20,000 nucleotides of DNA from an uncultured virus (IMG/VR IMGVR_UViG_3300020056_000010). Its lineage: Duplodnaviria > Heunggongvirae > Uroviricota > Caudoviricetes. The first letter of the stretch is position 1. The number at the start of each line of letters is the position of its first letter. This document shows positions 8,615 to 17,338 of the stretch, one piece after another. The DNA lies in the IMG/VR virus record IMGVR_UViG_3300020056_000010; one strand, 5' to 3'. The notes beneath the pieces were generated by a model. It saw nothing but the letters and a program-made list of their open reading frames with translations. It made no database searches and was not told the origin of the DNA. Both the position numbers and the translations under genes were made by a program.

Positions 8615-9180
8615 TGCATTGGACTCTAGATACACATAAGAACATGTACCCAAACAATTTCAATGATGGGATGAATCGTTGGGTAGTTGAAAATCTTAAA
8701 CCGACAACGGTTTTAGAATTTGGCTGTGGAATTGGTTGGTATTGCGAGTTCTTTGCTAATCATGGAGTCCAAACAGTACATGGCATCGAACCGGCTCCTA
8801 TGGATCCTGAGAAGTTTTCACATGAAAATGCTACTCAGTTTACTTGGGATGCTACAGTAGATCCCGAACCAGAAGGTATCCTGCCAGAGTATGACATGAT
8901 TTTTTCTGTAGAAGTAATGGAACATGTCGCTCGTCAGTATCATACAAAGATTATCGATTGGATGCATTCTAAAAATCCTCGCGTAGTGGTTTTCTCGGCA
9001 GCAACACCAGGCCAAGGTGGTCACGGTCATATTGCTGAGAGACCACAGGCCGAGTGGGTAGGAGAATGGACCAGCAGAGGATATGCCGTAGATACTGAGC
9101 TTACGAAACAAATTAAGGCTTCTTGCAATAGAAGAAATATTAATCACGTTAAGAATTTACACGTGTACAAACCGATATAA
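8614..9180 (+). CDS. Class I SAM-dependent methyltransferase
   Basis: Motif I VLEFGCGIG, YDMIFSVEVMEHV, FSAATPGQGGHGH. Confidence 0.88.
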   Translation: MHWTLDTHKNMYPNNFNDGMNRWVVENLKPTTVLEFGCGIGWYCEFFANHGVQTVHGIEPAPMDPEKFSHENATQFTWDATVDPEPEGILPEYDMIFSVEVMEHVARQYHTKIIDWMHSKNPRVVVFSAATPGQGGHGHIAERPQAEWVGEWTSRGYAVDTELTKQIKASCNRRNINHVKNLHVYKPI

Positions 9181-9183
9181 ATA
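9176..9183 (+). promoter_or_regulatory. T4-type late promoter
   Basis: Perfect TATAAATA at a gene boundary upstream of SD AAGGAG and ATG 9217. Confidence 0.7.
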
Positions 9184-9216
9184 AAAGTATATTATGACTT
9201 TGATGAAGGAGATATT

Positions 9217-10242
9217 ATGGCAAAGCGCATTCTCATTACGGGTGGCGGTGGTTTCATTGCGCACCACCTAATTAACCAAGTACTTATCCGAACAGACTGG
9301 GATGTTGTTACACTAGATCGTCTAGATTATAGTGGCAATCTAAATCGTTTGCATGATCTTCTTCAAGATCGTACCCCAGCTGAACGCAAACGAGTTCGTA
9401 CAATTTACCACGATTTGAAAGCAGAAATCAACCCAATGCTCGAAGCAGACATTGGCCCAGTTGATATTGTTGCACACCTTGCAGCAGGTTCTCATGTGGA
9501 TCGTTCTATTGAACGTCCTATGGAATTTGTAATGGATAACGTCGTAGGTACATGTAATATTCTAGACTATGCTCGCCGTCAGGATAACCTAGAAAGATTC
9601 TTGTATTTCTCAACAGACGAAGTATTCGGTCCTGCCCCTGAAGGTGTCAAGTATGATGAGTATGATCGTTATAACTCAACAAACCCATACTCAGCATCTA
9701 AAGCAGGTGGTGAGGAACTCGCCGTAGCATATCAGAACACTTATAATATGCCAATCTATATTACGCATACTATGAACGTGTTCGGTCAACGTCAACATCC
9801 AGAAAAGTTTATTCCTCTATGTATTCGTAGAGCTCGTGATGGTGACACAATTACAATTCACTCTGATGCTACTAAAACAATTCCAGGCAGCCGTCACTAT
9901 ATCCATGCTGAAGATGTAGCTGATGCAACACTATTCCTACTTGAAAACGACCGCACACTGGATATGACAAACAACTCTGGAATCAAATGTCCTAAGTTCA
10001 ATATTTGTGGTGCAACTGAATTGAATAACCTTGAACTTGCTCAAATGATTGCAGATGCTCAAGGAAAGGAACTCAAGTATGAATTTATGGATTTCCATAG
10101 CAGCCGTCCTGGTCACGATCTCCGCTATGCTTTATCTGGAGAAAGAATGGCAAATATGGGATGGACTCCACAACCAGTTGCCGATCGCATTGCAGAAGTA
10201 GTACATTGGACTCTAGATAATACAAGGTGGTTAGACATATGA
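9217..10242 (+). CDS. NAD-dependent NDP-glucose 4,6-dehydratase (RmlB-like extended SDR)
   Basis: ILITGGGGFIA, HLAAGSHVDRSI, STDEVFG, YSASK catalytic motif, QHPEKFIP, RPGHDLRY. Confidence 0.92.
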   Translation: MAKRILITGGGGFIAHHLINQVLIRTDWDVVTLDRLDYSGNLNRLHDLLQDRTPAERKRVRTIYHDLKAEINPMLEADIGPVDIVAHLAAGSHVDRSIERPMEFVMDNVVGTCNILDYARRQDNLERFLYFSTDEVFGPAPEGVKYDEYDRYNSTNPYSASKAGGEELAVAYQNTYNMPIYITHTMNVFGQRQHPEKFIPLCIRRARDGDTITIHSDATKTIPGSRHYIHAEDVADATLFLLENDRTLDMTNNSGIKCPKFNICGATELNNLELAQMIADAQGKELKYEFMDFHSSRPGHDLRYALSGERMANMGWTPQPVADRIAEVVHWTLDNTRWLDI

Positions 10243-10820
10243 GCTTTTTACAAATGATTGATAAGGAATACGAAGATGCATGCAATACGTTTTCCGATAT
10301 TAATGAACACTTACCAGTTCTATATGAACTAGGTATGGAGTGCGACAGCATTACAGAAATGGGTACTCGTCGTGGAGCGAGTACTCGTGCTTTCTTAAGA
10401 ACAAATGCAAATAAGATTAGAGCATATGATGTACGTATGTTTGACCATGTAGAAAATCTATTTGTGCATGCAAGAGAAGCTGGTAAGGACGCACAGTATA
10501 TTAAAGCTAATGTGCTTGATATTGAGATCGACGAATGCGATCTATTGTTTATCGATACTTGGCATGCTAATCATCAGCTTACTCAAGAGCTTAAACTTCA
10601 TGGAAACAAGGCTCGTAAGTATCTTGTATTTCATGATACTCATACGTACGCAGTACGAGACGAAAAAGAAGATTGGCAACATTACAGAGATAAGCACTCA
10701 ATTCCAGGTGAAGGATTGCTTCCTGCCATCATTAACTTTCTGATTGCAAACCGCCATTGGCGATATAAAGAAATCAGAACAAATAACAATGGACTAAGTA
10801 TTTTAGAGAGAGTTGGATAA
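10239..10820 (+). CDS. SAM-dependent methyltransferase (Methyltransf_24-like)
   Basis: EMGTRRGAST, DLLFIDTWH, VFHDT, NNNGL. ATGA overlap with the upstream gene. Confidence 0.75.
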   Translation: MSFLQMIDKEYEDACNTFSDINEHLPVLYELGMECDSITEMGTRRGASTRAFLRTNANKIRAYDVRMFDHVENLFVHAREAGKDAQYIKANVLDIEIDECDLLFIDTWHANHQLTQELKLHGNKARKYLVFHDTHTYAVRDEKEDWQHYRDKHSIPGEGLLPAIINFLIANRHWRYKEIRTNNNGLSILERVG

Positions 10821-12370
10821 TGCCTCAGATTGTAGATTGTTTTCCATTTTTTGCACCTTATAACGAAGAAATGCTCTATCTTAGAGTGAATCTTCTTAAG
10901 GATGTTGTTGATAAGTTTATTATCGTAGAGTCTAATAAGACTCATAGTGGTCAGCCTGTTGAAAGGAAATTCATGGAGATTGCTCGTAAGCAAGGTCTAC
11001 CAATGGAAAAGATTATCTATGTAGAACATGATATTCCAGAAACTGATGATATCGAAGTTCTTAAACTAGACAGAAGAAATGCTGGTGAGAACGCAAAGAA
11101 TGACGATTCTGTATATGCTCGCGCAAGAGAACGCCTACAGAAAGATGCTGTTATGTCAGTAATGGATCAGTTTAATAACGACGACATTTTCATTTATGGC
11201 GACTGCGACGAGATCATTAAACCTGAGAATGTAAAGTGGGTTGCAAGAATGGCTCGAGCAAATCCTCAGGTTGTAATTAAAATTCCTCTTGCTTATTTGC
11301 AAGGTCGTGCTGATCTACGCATACATTATAAGAAAGAAAAAGGTCCAGTTGTTTGGTGGAAAGCTATGTTCTTTGCACGTAAAGACGTAATTATGAAGTG
11401 GACAGTTAATCGTCTGCGCTGTGGTGCAGTTGAACTTCCAACAAGATGGCCTACACATGCTAACGTTGTTATTCAAGACATGGGTTGGCACTTTGCTTGG
11501 ATGGGAAATGACAAACAAAGAACAATTAAAGCTCACTCTTTTGCGCATGCTCATGATAAATTTGCATGGATGGAGCAACAGGGCTTCAGTGGATTTGAAA
11601 CATATGAAGCTCAAAGAGTTGCTGAAGAAGAAACGGCTCCTGATGGTAATGAGAATCATATTCTTAAAAGACACCCTGTTGCAGATCTTCCCAAACTTAT
11701 CTTTCAGGAGCAGTGGCTAAAAGATTTCTTCTTACCAGAAGAAGATATTAATGGTGAATATTCTTTTAATAAGTGTAGATGTTTTTGGTGTACAAAGCTA
11801 GATTTCCCGTTACTATATAATCTAGATGGAAAACAATACTGGTTTGAAGTACCTCGTAGCTGCTCTGTAACTATTAAGGAAAGCTTCCCAGATCGTAAGC
11901 AAGTGTTTAGAGATGATGATGAGTACGATGAAGCAGGTGTGCCAATTATGATATGGACAGATCCAGTAGATCGATTCATCTCGTGCATTAATGCTTATGT
12001 GACACCAAAACAACGTTATTATGCTTATGGTCAAGATGTATTCTCATCTCTAGGATATAAGCTAGAAGAACTGGAAATAGAAGAAAAGGTAGATCTATTC
12101 TTTAAGAATCTGAGTAAGATAACATCTCAGCATCAGGTTCACCACTTCCATCCTCAGTGTCAATTTGTCGACACTAAACGTTTTAAGAAGATTGAAGTTG
12201 TTAAACGAGAAGAAGTAAATGATCGTTTTGGAATCAACGAAGTCATGAACGAGACAGTGAAAGAAATCACTCGTGAAACCTTCTCAAAAGAACAAATCGA
12301 ATTTATAAAACGCATATATAAATCTGATTACGAATTCTTTGAGAAGTACCGTGGCAAAAAGAAGAGTTGA
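10820..12370 (+). CDS. Two-domain protein: GT17-like glycosyltransferase fused to a sulfotransferase-like domain
   Basis: N-terminal IVDCFPF..NEEMLYLR...VDKFIIVESNKTHSG, GDCDEI (DxD) and GWHFAWMG. C-terminal WFEVPRSCSVTIK, TDPVDRFIS, HFHPQ and IYKSDYEFF. Confidence 0.75.
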   Translation: MPQIVDCFPFFAPYNEEMLYLRVNLLKDVVDKFIIVESNKTHSGQPVERKFMEIARKQGLPMEKIIYVEHDIPETDDIEVLKLDRRNAGENAKNDDSVYARARERLQKDAVMSVMDQFNNDDIFIYGDCDEIIKPENVKWVARMARANPQVVIKIPLAYLQGRADLRIHYKKEKGPVVWWKAMFFARKDVIMKWTVNRLRCGAVELPTRWPTHANVVIQDMGWHFAWMGNDKQRTIKAHSFAHAHDKFAWMEQQGFSGFETYEAQRVAEEETAPDGNENHILKRHPVADLPKLIFQEQWLKDFFLPEEDINGEYSFNKCRCFWCTKLDFPLLYNLDGKQYWFEVPRSCSVTIKESFPDRKQVFRDDDEYDEAGVPIMIWTDPVDRFISCINAYVTPKQRYYAYGQDVFSSLGYKLEELEIEEKVDLFFKNLSKITSQHQVHHFHPQCQFVDTKRFKKIEVVKREEVNDRFGINEVMNETVKEITRETFSKEQIEFIKRIYKSDYEFFEKYRGKKKS

Positions 12371-12584
12371 ACAAGGACTGCTTTATCTTAAAGCAGATGT
12401 AGAAAAACTAAGAAGGGAGAAGGCCGAACTCTATGAAGAGAACAACGGCCTTCGCCAAGAAAATATGATGCTAAAGGATGCGTTAAGCGCAATCGTAGAA
12501 GATGAAACTTTATGGTCTCAAGAAGCAATTCAAGGAGGATTGGTTTGGAGATTGAAAAATGTTTTGCAACAAATTGCAAATTAA
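12351..12584 (+). CDS. Hypothetical coiled-coil protein
   Basis: ORF fills the gap before the next promoter. GTG start at 12351 is assumed. Confidence 0.6.
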   Translation: MAKRRVEQGLLYLKADVEKLRREKAELYEENNGLRQENMMLKDALSAIVEDETLWSQEAIQGGLVWRLKNVLQQIAN

Positions 12585-12597
12585 TTGAAAAAAAGGG

Positions 12598-12635
12598 TTG
12601 ACATTCACTGGTAAAAGTACTATATTAATAGTATA
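12598..12635 (+). promoter_or_regulatory. Sigma70-like early promoter
   Basis: A-tract, GGG, TTGACA (12598-12603), 17-nt spacer, TATATT (12621-12626), TATA at 12632-12635. Confidence 0.8.
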
Positions 12636-12651
12636 ACAATGAGGCAGTACA

Positions 12652-13170
12652 ATGAAAAACCTAATCTCCGCAATCCTAACAGGATCTCTAATCCTAGGTA
12701 GTATCACAGTAGCATTCGCTGAAGTAGAAAAAAGAGCATCAGCAGAAGAGTTACGTTGTTTAGCACTTAATATCTATTATGAAGCACGTGGTAGTAACCT
12801 TGCAGATAAAGCAGGCGTTGCCGATGTAGTTTTGAACCGCGTGAATGACACTCGTTACCCTAACACAATTTGCGAAGTAGTACATCAAGGAAAGCAAAAA
12901 CCTTCTTGGAAAGATCCAAATGTAATGGTAATGGTCCGTAATGCGTGCCAGTTCTCTTGGTACTGTGACGGAAAAGCCGACAATCCTCAAGACGAAGATC
13001 GTTGGCAAGAAGCTCAACTTATTGCTTTCAATATGCTTGAGTATAACAAGTTTCGTGGTATTACCGAAGGTGCAACACACTACCACGCTACTTATGTTAA
13101 ACCAAACTGGGCCAAAGATCTACAGCAAGTGGGTCGTCTTGGCGCTCACATTTTCTATCGCTGGGAGTAA
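12652..13170 (+). CDS. Cell wall hydrolase, SleB/Hydrolase_2 family, with signal peptide
   Basis: Signal peptide ending AFA. Motifs CLALNIYYEARG (catalytic Glu), VVLNRV, CQFSWYCDGK, GATHYHA, HIFYR. Confidence 0.92.
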   Translation: MKNLISAILTGSLILGSITVAFAEVEKRASAEELRCLALNIYYEARGSNLADKAGVADVVLNRVNDTRYPNTICEVVHQGKQKPSWKDPNVMVMVRNACQFSWYCDGKADNPQDEDRWQEAQLIAFNMLEYNKFRGITEGATHYHATYVKPNWAKDLQQVGRLGAHIFYRWE

Positions 13171-13171
13171 T

Positions 13172-13315
13172 ATGTACCTCGTAAAAGCTTGGAATAAAGA
13201 TAACAATCTTGTAGCAGAATATTATTTCGATAAACAAAAGGAGGCTCTTCTCTTTCATGATGGCTTGATAGAAGAAGGGTACTCCGTAGCATTGGAGACT
13301 CGTAATGTCAAATGA
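13172..13315 (+). CDS. Small hypothetical protein (47 aa)
   Basis: SD GGAG then ATG at 13172. This is the real part of the listed 12941..13315 ORF. Confidence 0.65.
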   Translation: MYLVKAWNKDNNLVAEYYFDKQKEALLFHDGLIEEGYSVALETRNVK

Positions 13316-13670
13316 AAGATACGTAGTTGTAACCGCAGTAAGTCAATTCAGGCAGAGATATGCAATTCCTGTAAGCGCTTTGCAAGGCATGTCTCCCGAT
13401 GTAAAGCTTGATGATAAAACATTGATTGAATACGCAAATGACTCCGTAACTTGCGAAGAAGTAAATGAATTTTCTCAGAGTTGGATGGGTGAGCAAATTG
13501 TTGATACTTTTATCTTAGATGAGCCTCGTGTTCTTCAGTTGTTTGATCGTGATAATGACTATCTCAAAGACTGGACGAAAGAAAAGAAACTCGAACATAT
13601 CCACGATTGGGAAGAAAAAAAAGATTCTGCTGGTATCTCTTCTCCGTTCCCTATTGAGTTTGATAAATGA
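13305..13670 (+). CDS. Hypothetical protein
   Basis: SD GGAG, tightly packed with its neighbours, acidic 121-aa protein. Confidence 0.75.
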   Translation: MSNERYVVVTAVSQFRQRYAIPVSALQGMSPDVKLDDKTLIEYANDSVTCEEVNEFSQSWMGEQIVDTFILDEPRVLQLFDRDNDYLKDWTKEKKLEHIHDWEEKKDSAGISSPFPIEFDK

Positions 13671-14419
13671 AATTACAAATAGCGGGATACGGCTTTGTAG
13701 GTATGGCGCATGCTCTTGCTCTTGAAGGCGGAGATGTAAAAACTTATATCTACGATCCTGATAAAGGATATGGAAATTGGCGTAAAGACATGGATGCCAT
13801 CATCGTATGCGTTAGTACACCAATGGATACAGATGGATCTTGTGGCATGTCGAATGTGTATTCCATCATAGAAGATGTACCTCCTGATGTGCCTATTCTA
13901 ATTAAGTCCACGATCTCTCTAGAAGGCTGGAGATTAATGAAAAGGGCTTATCCTAAGGCAAAGCTTACCTTTTCACCAGAGTTTCTTAGAGCCGAGCATG
14001 CAATGGAAGATTTTAAGAAACAAGAGTTTACCTATATTGGCGGTGGCGACACTGCATTCTGGGCTGGTATTCTCAGTATGAGACTTGGTACAACTGTAGT
14101 CACTCATGATCCCGAAGTTTTAATTTTGACTAAATACTTTAGGAATAGCTTCCTTGCGGCGAAGGTTGCTTTCTTTAATCAAATGTATGACGTGTGCGAA
14201 GCTACTGGTGTTGACGCAAATGAAGTGTTGACATATACGGCTTTAGATGATAGAATAGGTACAAGTCATACAAAAGTGACAAAAGAAAGAGGATATGGAG
14301 GTCATTGCTTTCCAAAAGATGTATCTGCAATACTAAAAACTGTAGAACAACTTGGTGGTGATCTATCTATTCTCGGAGAAGTTCAAAACTATAATAAAGA
14401 TGTGAGAGGAAGAAAATGA
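13667..14419 (+). CDS. UDP-glucose/GDP-mannose 6-dehydrogenase, short form
   Basis: GYGFVG, VCVSTP, IKST, SPEFLRA, KYFRNSFLAAKVAFFN and catalytic GYGGHCFPKD. Confidence 0.9.
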   Translation: MKLQIAGYGFVGMAHALALEGGDVKTYIYDPDKGYGNWRKDMDAIIVCVSTPMDTDGSCGMSNVYSIIEDVPPDVPILIKSTISLEGWRLMKRAYPKAKLTFSPEFLRAEHAMEDFKKQEFTYIGGGDTAFWAGILSMRLGTTVVTHDPEVLILTKYFRNSFLAAKVAFFNQMYDVCEATGVDANEVLTYTALDDRIGTSHTKVTKERGYGGHCFPKDVSAILKTVEQLGGDLSILGEVQNYNKDVRGRK

Positions 14420-14832
14420 AAGTCGGATTTACATGCAGTGCATTCGACCTTTTGCATGCTGGGCATATTCAAATGTTGCGTGAAGCAAAAGAACAATGTG
14501 ACTATTTGATTTGTGGTTTACAAATTAACCCAGCCTTAGATCGCAAAGAAAAGAATGCACCTATTCAAACAGTGGTTGAACGCTATACTCAACTTAAAGC
14601 AGTATCTTACGTTGATGAGATCATTCCTTATTTGACAGAAGATGATTTATGTGATATATTAGCTATGTATCATATTGATGTAAGGATACTTGGAGATGAG
14701 TATAAAGAAAAGGATTTCACGGGCAAGGATATTTGCAAGAAGCGGGGTATCCAGCTATATTTCAACAAACGCGACCACCGCTTCTCGTCTAGCGATTTAC
14801 GTAAACGGGTTGCAGAAAGGGAAATTAAATGA
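14416..14832 (+). CDS. Cytidylyltransferase (TagD/glycerol-3-phosphate cytidylyltransferase-like)
   Basis: HxGH motif FDLLHAGH, YVDEIIPY, RDHRFSSS. Confidence 0.9.
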   Translation: MKVGFTCSAFDLLHAGHIQMLREAKEQCDYLICGLQINPALDRKEKNAPIQTVVERYTQLKAVSYVDEIIPYLTEDDLCDILAMYHIDVRILGDEYKEKDFTGKDICKKRGIQLYFNKRDHRFSSSDLRKRVAEREIK

Positions 14833-15065
14833 GAGAACCGGTATTTGAAAAAGGCTATCCTTCCTACGAAGCTGTAAACGATATTTACGATACAACTGAA
14901 ATCCGTTTACAAGATCAAGACATGCTTGTTACTTTGCATAACGTTGCTCGTATTATGGAAGAAGCAGACAACACTCTAGGTTCTGAGCTTAGAAAAATCG
15001 CTGATCGCTTTTCTGATCTTACTAACAAAGCACATAATCGTAAACATTGGACAGGACGGGAATAA
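14829..15065 (+). CDS. Hypothetical protein
   Basis: ATGA overlap with the upstream gene, 78 aa. Confidence 0.7.
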   Translation: MREPVFEKGYPSYEAVNDIYDTTEIRLQDQDMLVTLHNVARIMEEADNTLGSELRKIADRFSDLTNKAHNRKHWTGRE

Positions 15066-15250
15066 TGGAATATCTTTGGGCTTTATACGTTGTAACTGCA
15101 TTAGCTAGTGGCGATACTAAATATACTCGTGTATCTGATGTTCTATATGAATCTCGAATGAAATGTGAAATCGAGGCAACAGTTTATGCCGCGGTTCATG
15201 AGCCTTGGGCAGACAACGAAACAGTTTGGTGTATAAAGGTAGATGAATGA
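15065..15250 (+). CDS. Small putative exported protein
   Basis: TAATG coupling, hydrophobic N-terminus MEYLWALYVVTALASG, two Cys. Confidence 0.6.
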   Translation: MEYLWALYVVTALASGDTKYTRVSDVLYESRMKCEIEATVYAAVHEPWADNETVWCIKVDE

Positions 15251-15942
15251 GAAAATTTGTGTTTGATGTGGATGGTACTTTGACACCAAGCCGTGGTAAA
15301 ATTGATTCACAGTTTGAAGCTTGGTTTTCAAATTTTATTGAAAAAGAAAAAGTGTATCTTGTAACCGGATCTGATTATCCAAAAACCGCTGAGCAGCTTG
15401 GTAATGAGATTTGTGAAAGTGTTGTTACTGTTTACAACTGTCAAGGCAATGATGTATGGTTTAAAGGTAAGCGTGTTAACTCAAAAGAGTTCACACCTCC
15501 AAAAGAATTGTATGATCTAATGAATGGCTGGTTACAGGCAAGCGGTTTCCCTCTTCGTACAGGTACTCATATCGAAGAACGCCGTGGTATGATTAACTTT
15601 AGTATCTTAGGTCGAGGTGCAACTAAGGAGCAAAGAGCTGAATATGTTGTTTGGGACAAAGAGCATCGAGAAAGAGAAAGTATTGCTTATCAAATTAATT
15701 CTGATTTTGATGGAATTACTGCAACTATCGGCGGTGAAACTGGTATAGATATACATAGGACTGGTGGAAACAAAGCTCAGATCCTAGAAGACTTTAACGA
15801 GGATGATCATGTGATTTTCTTTGGGGATGCAATGTATAAAGGTGGAAATGATTATCCTTTAGCCAATGCAAACAAAAAAGGAACTAACCATCAAGTAAGT
15901 GGATGGGAAGAAACTTGGGAAATACTGAAAGGTTACACATGA
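15247..15942 (+). CDS. HAD-superfamily phosphomannomutase, eukaryotic PMM-like
   Basis: FDVDGTLT, VTGSD, IEERRGMINFS, GGETGIDI, FFGD, GGNDY. Confidence 0.85.
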   Translation: MRKFVFDVDGTLTPSRGKIDSQFEAWFSNFIEKEKVYLVTGSDYPKTAEQLGNEICESVVTVYNCQGNDVWFKGKRVNSKEFTPPKELYDLMNGWLQASGFPLRTGTHIEERRGMINFSILGRGATKEQRAEYVVWDKEHRERESIAYQINSDFDGITATIGGETGIDIHRTGGNKAQILEDFNEDDHVIFFGDAMYKGGNDYPLANANKKGTNHQVSGWEETWEILKGYT

Positions 15943-16148
15943 TAGAAATCTCTTTTGATCCAATGAATTTATGGTTATTAGCAACTGCGGTTATATTTAC
16001 ATTTTTTGGTCGTTGGATGTTCTGGAGAGAGAACATGTCAAGAATCATCGAAGAAACCATTGATAATTTAATTAAAGATGAGTTTATCAAAACAAAAGTA
16101 AACGATGATGGCGATATTGAGTTGTTAAAATATTGGGAAGAGCATTAG
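15939..16148 (+). CDS. Small membrane protein
   Basis: ATGA overlap, TM segment LWLLATAVIFTFFG. Confidence 0.65.
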   Translation: MIEISFDPMNLWLLATAVIFTFFGRWMFWRENMSRIIEETIDNLIKDEFIKTKVNDDGDIELLKYWEEH

Positions 16149-16376
16149 ATGTGGACAACAGAGTTTGATTGGGATGAAACTGCAATAACCATATTAGACG
16201 AGTCGGGCCAATATGAAGATGTGCAGGTTTTAATGTATGATGATATCGTTTATATAAGACAATGGTTTGAAGAAATGCAAAGATTTTCAGTCATTCAAAT
16301 GACACCAAAACAGTTTAATGAAATGCATCTCGCTATGTCTCATACAGATGGCGCCTTTATAGTGGATTACCCATGA
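16149..16376 (+). CDS. Hypothetical protein
   Basis: Abuts both neighbours, 75 aa, acidic. Confidence 0.7.
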   Translation: MWTTEFDWDETAITILDESGQYEDVQVLMYDDIVYIRQWFEEMQRFSVIQMTPKQFNEMHLAMSHTDGAFIVDYP

Positions 16377-16603
16377 TTGAAATTTACGGAAAAAAGAACT
16401 GCCCAAACTGCAAGAAAGCAGTAGAAATTGCTCGTAAGAATAAGCGCGAATACGAGTACAAAAATGTTGAGTACACTAAGTACAGAACTGAGCTTAACGA
16501 GAGACTTCAAAAAGAAGCTCGATGGGTACCACAAATTTGGATGGATGGCTACTATATACAAGATATAGATGAATTAGAGGCTAGACTAAAATTTTTGCAT
16601 TAA
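16373..16603 (+). CDS. Glutaredoxin-like protein (second copy)
   Basis: IEIYGKKNCPNC and VPQIW. Confidence 0.85.
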   Translation: MIEIYGKKNCPNCKKAVEIARKNKREYEYKNVEYTKYRTELNERLQKEARWVPQIWMDGYYIQDIDELEARLKFLH

Positions 16604-16607
16604 AGGG

Positions 16608-16645
16608 TTGACATTTGTTTTAGTTTAGTATAGTATATACTTATA
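16608..16645 (+). promoter_or_regulatory. Sigma70-like early promoter
   Basis: AAAGGG, TTGACA (16608-16613), 17-nt spacer, TAGTAT (16631-16636), TATA at 16642-16645. Confidence 0.78.
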
Positions 16646-16667
16646 TGATGATGAAAGGTGTAAGCTT

Positions 16668-17090
16668 ATGTCGATGCACATGATTAAAGGTGTTCAGGTC
16701 CACGGTAAATCTCATAAAAAGCGTAAGAAGCTTGATATGAAAAAGGTTGAGATTGAGTGGCGACAGTACAACAAAGACATGCGTCGTAAGAATATGCATA
16801 GTCTTCAATTTGACGAATTACAAGATTATGTGGATTACATATCTGGAAATCTCAAGAGGAAGAAAAAGGAGTTAGACTATGCGCCAGCCAAACCGAATGT
16901 CCGCGACACAAAGAGCTATCCAAGCCTCAAGACGTCGGACACAATACCTACAGGATCGACTGCCAGAAAAGAACCCCAGCAATACACAGGCGATCTCCTC
17001 GTCGGTATCGGCGTCATGCATAAGTCCAATCTCGTTCCGATTATGCGAGGAACAGACGAAGCAAAAGACATAGCAAATATGCGGAGGTGA
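16668..17090 (+). CDS. Basic hypothetical phage protein
   Basis: SD AAGGT, Lys-rich, C-terminal YTG..GIGVMHKSNLVPI..MRR motif recalled from T4-like phage hypotheticals. Confidence 0.75.
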   Translation: MSMHMIKGVQVHGKSHKKRKKLDMKKVEIEWRQYNKDMRRKNMHSLQFDELQDYVDYISGNLKRKKKELDYAPAKPNVRDTKSYPSLKTSDTIPTGSTARKEPQQYTGDLLVGIGVMHKSNLVPIMRGTDEAKDIANMRR

Positions 17091-17091
17091 T

Positions 17092-17337
17092 ATGACGTTA
17101 CCTATTGAAAGAACAAACGCAGTCTTAAACACTGAAAAGTTTCTTTTAAAACTATGTATTCCTAGTCACTCTCCTCGAGTGCCAAAAGCTATTCGTGAAG
17201 AAGCTCGTAGATTACTCAAGCATTATCCTTCTCAATACAATATGCGGTATATTGAAGAAAGCTTTGAAGAGATTAAAGATCCACGGGCAGAGGCGCTTGA
17301 TGAACTGTTTGAATTAAGTCAAGAAATGGAAAAATGA
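17092..17337 (+). CDS. Hypothetical protein, BPSL0761-family-like
   Basis: SD GGAGGT. Pattern MTLPxERT..V..T..FL and VP..IREEARRLLKHYP; family assignment is from memory. Confidence 0.65.
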   Translation: MTLPIERTNAVLNTEKFLLKLCIPSHSPRVPKAIREEARRLLKHYPSQYNMRYIEESFEEIKDPRAEALDELFELSQEMEK

Positions 17338-17338
17338 A

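Noticed and set aside
8143..8619. 158-aa minus-strand ORF mirroring the DUF454 gene
   Set aside because: Antisense shadow with no recognisable motif; every credible gene in the window is on the plus strand.
12941..13171. N-terminal extension of the 12941..13315 ORF
   Set aside because: Overlaps the SleB gene; a good SD and ATG at 13172 give a better start.
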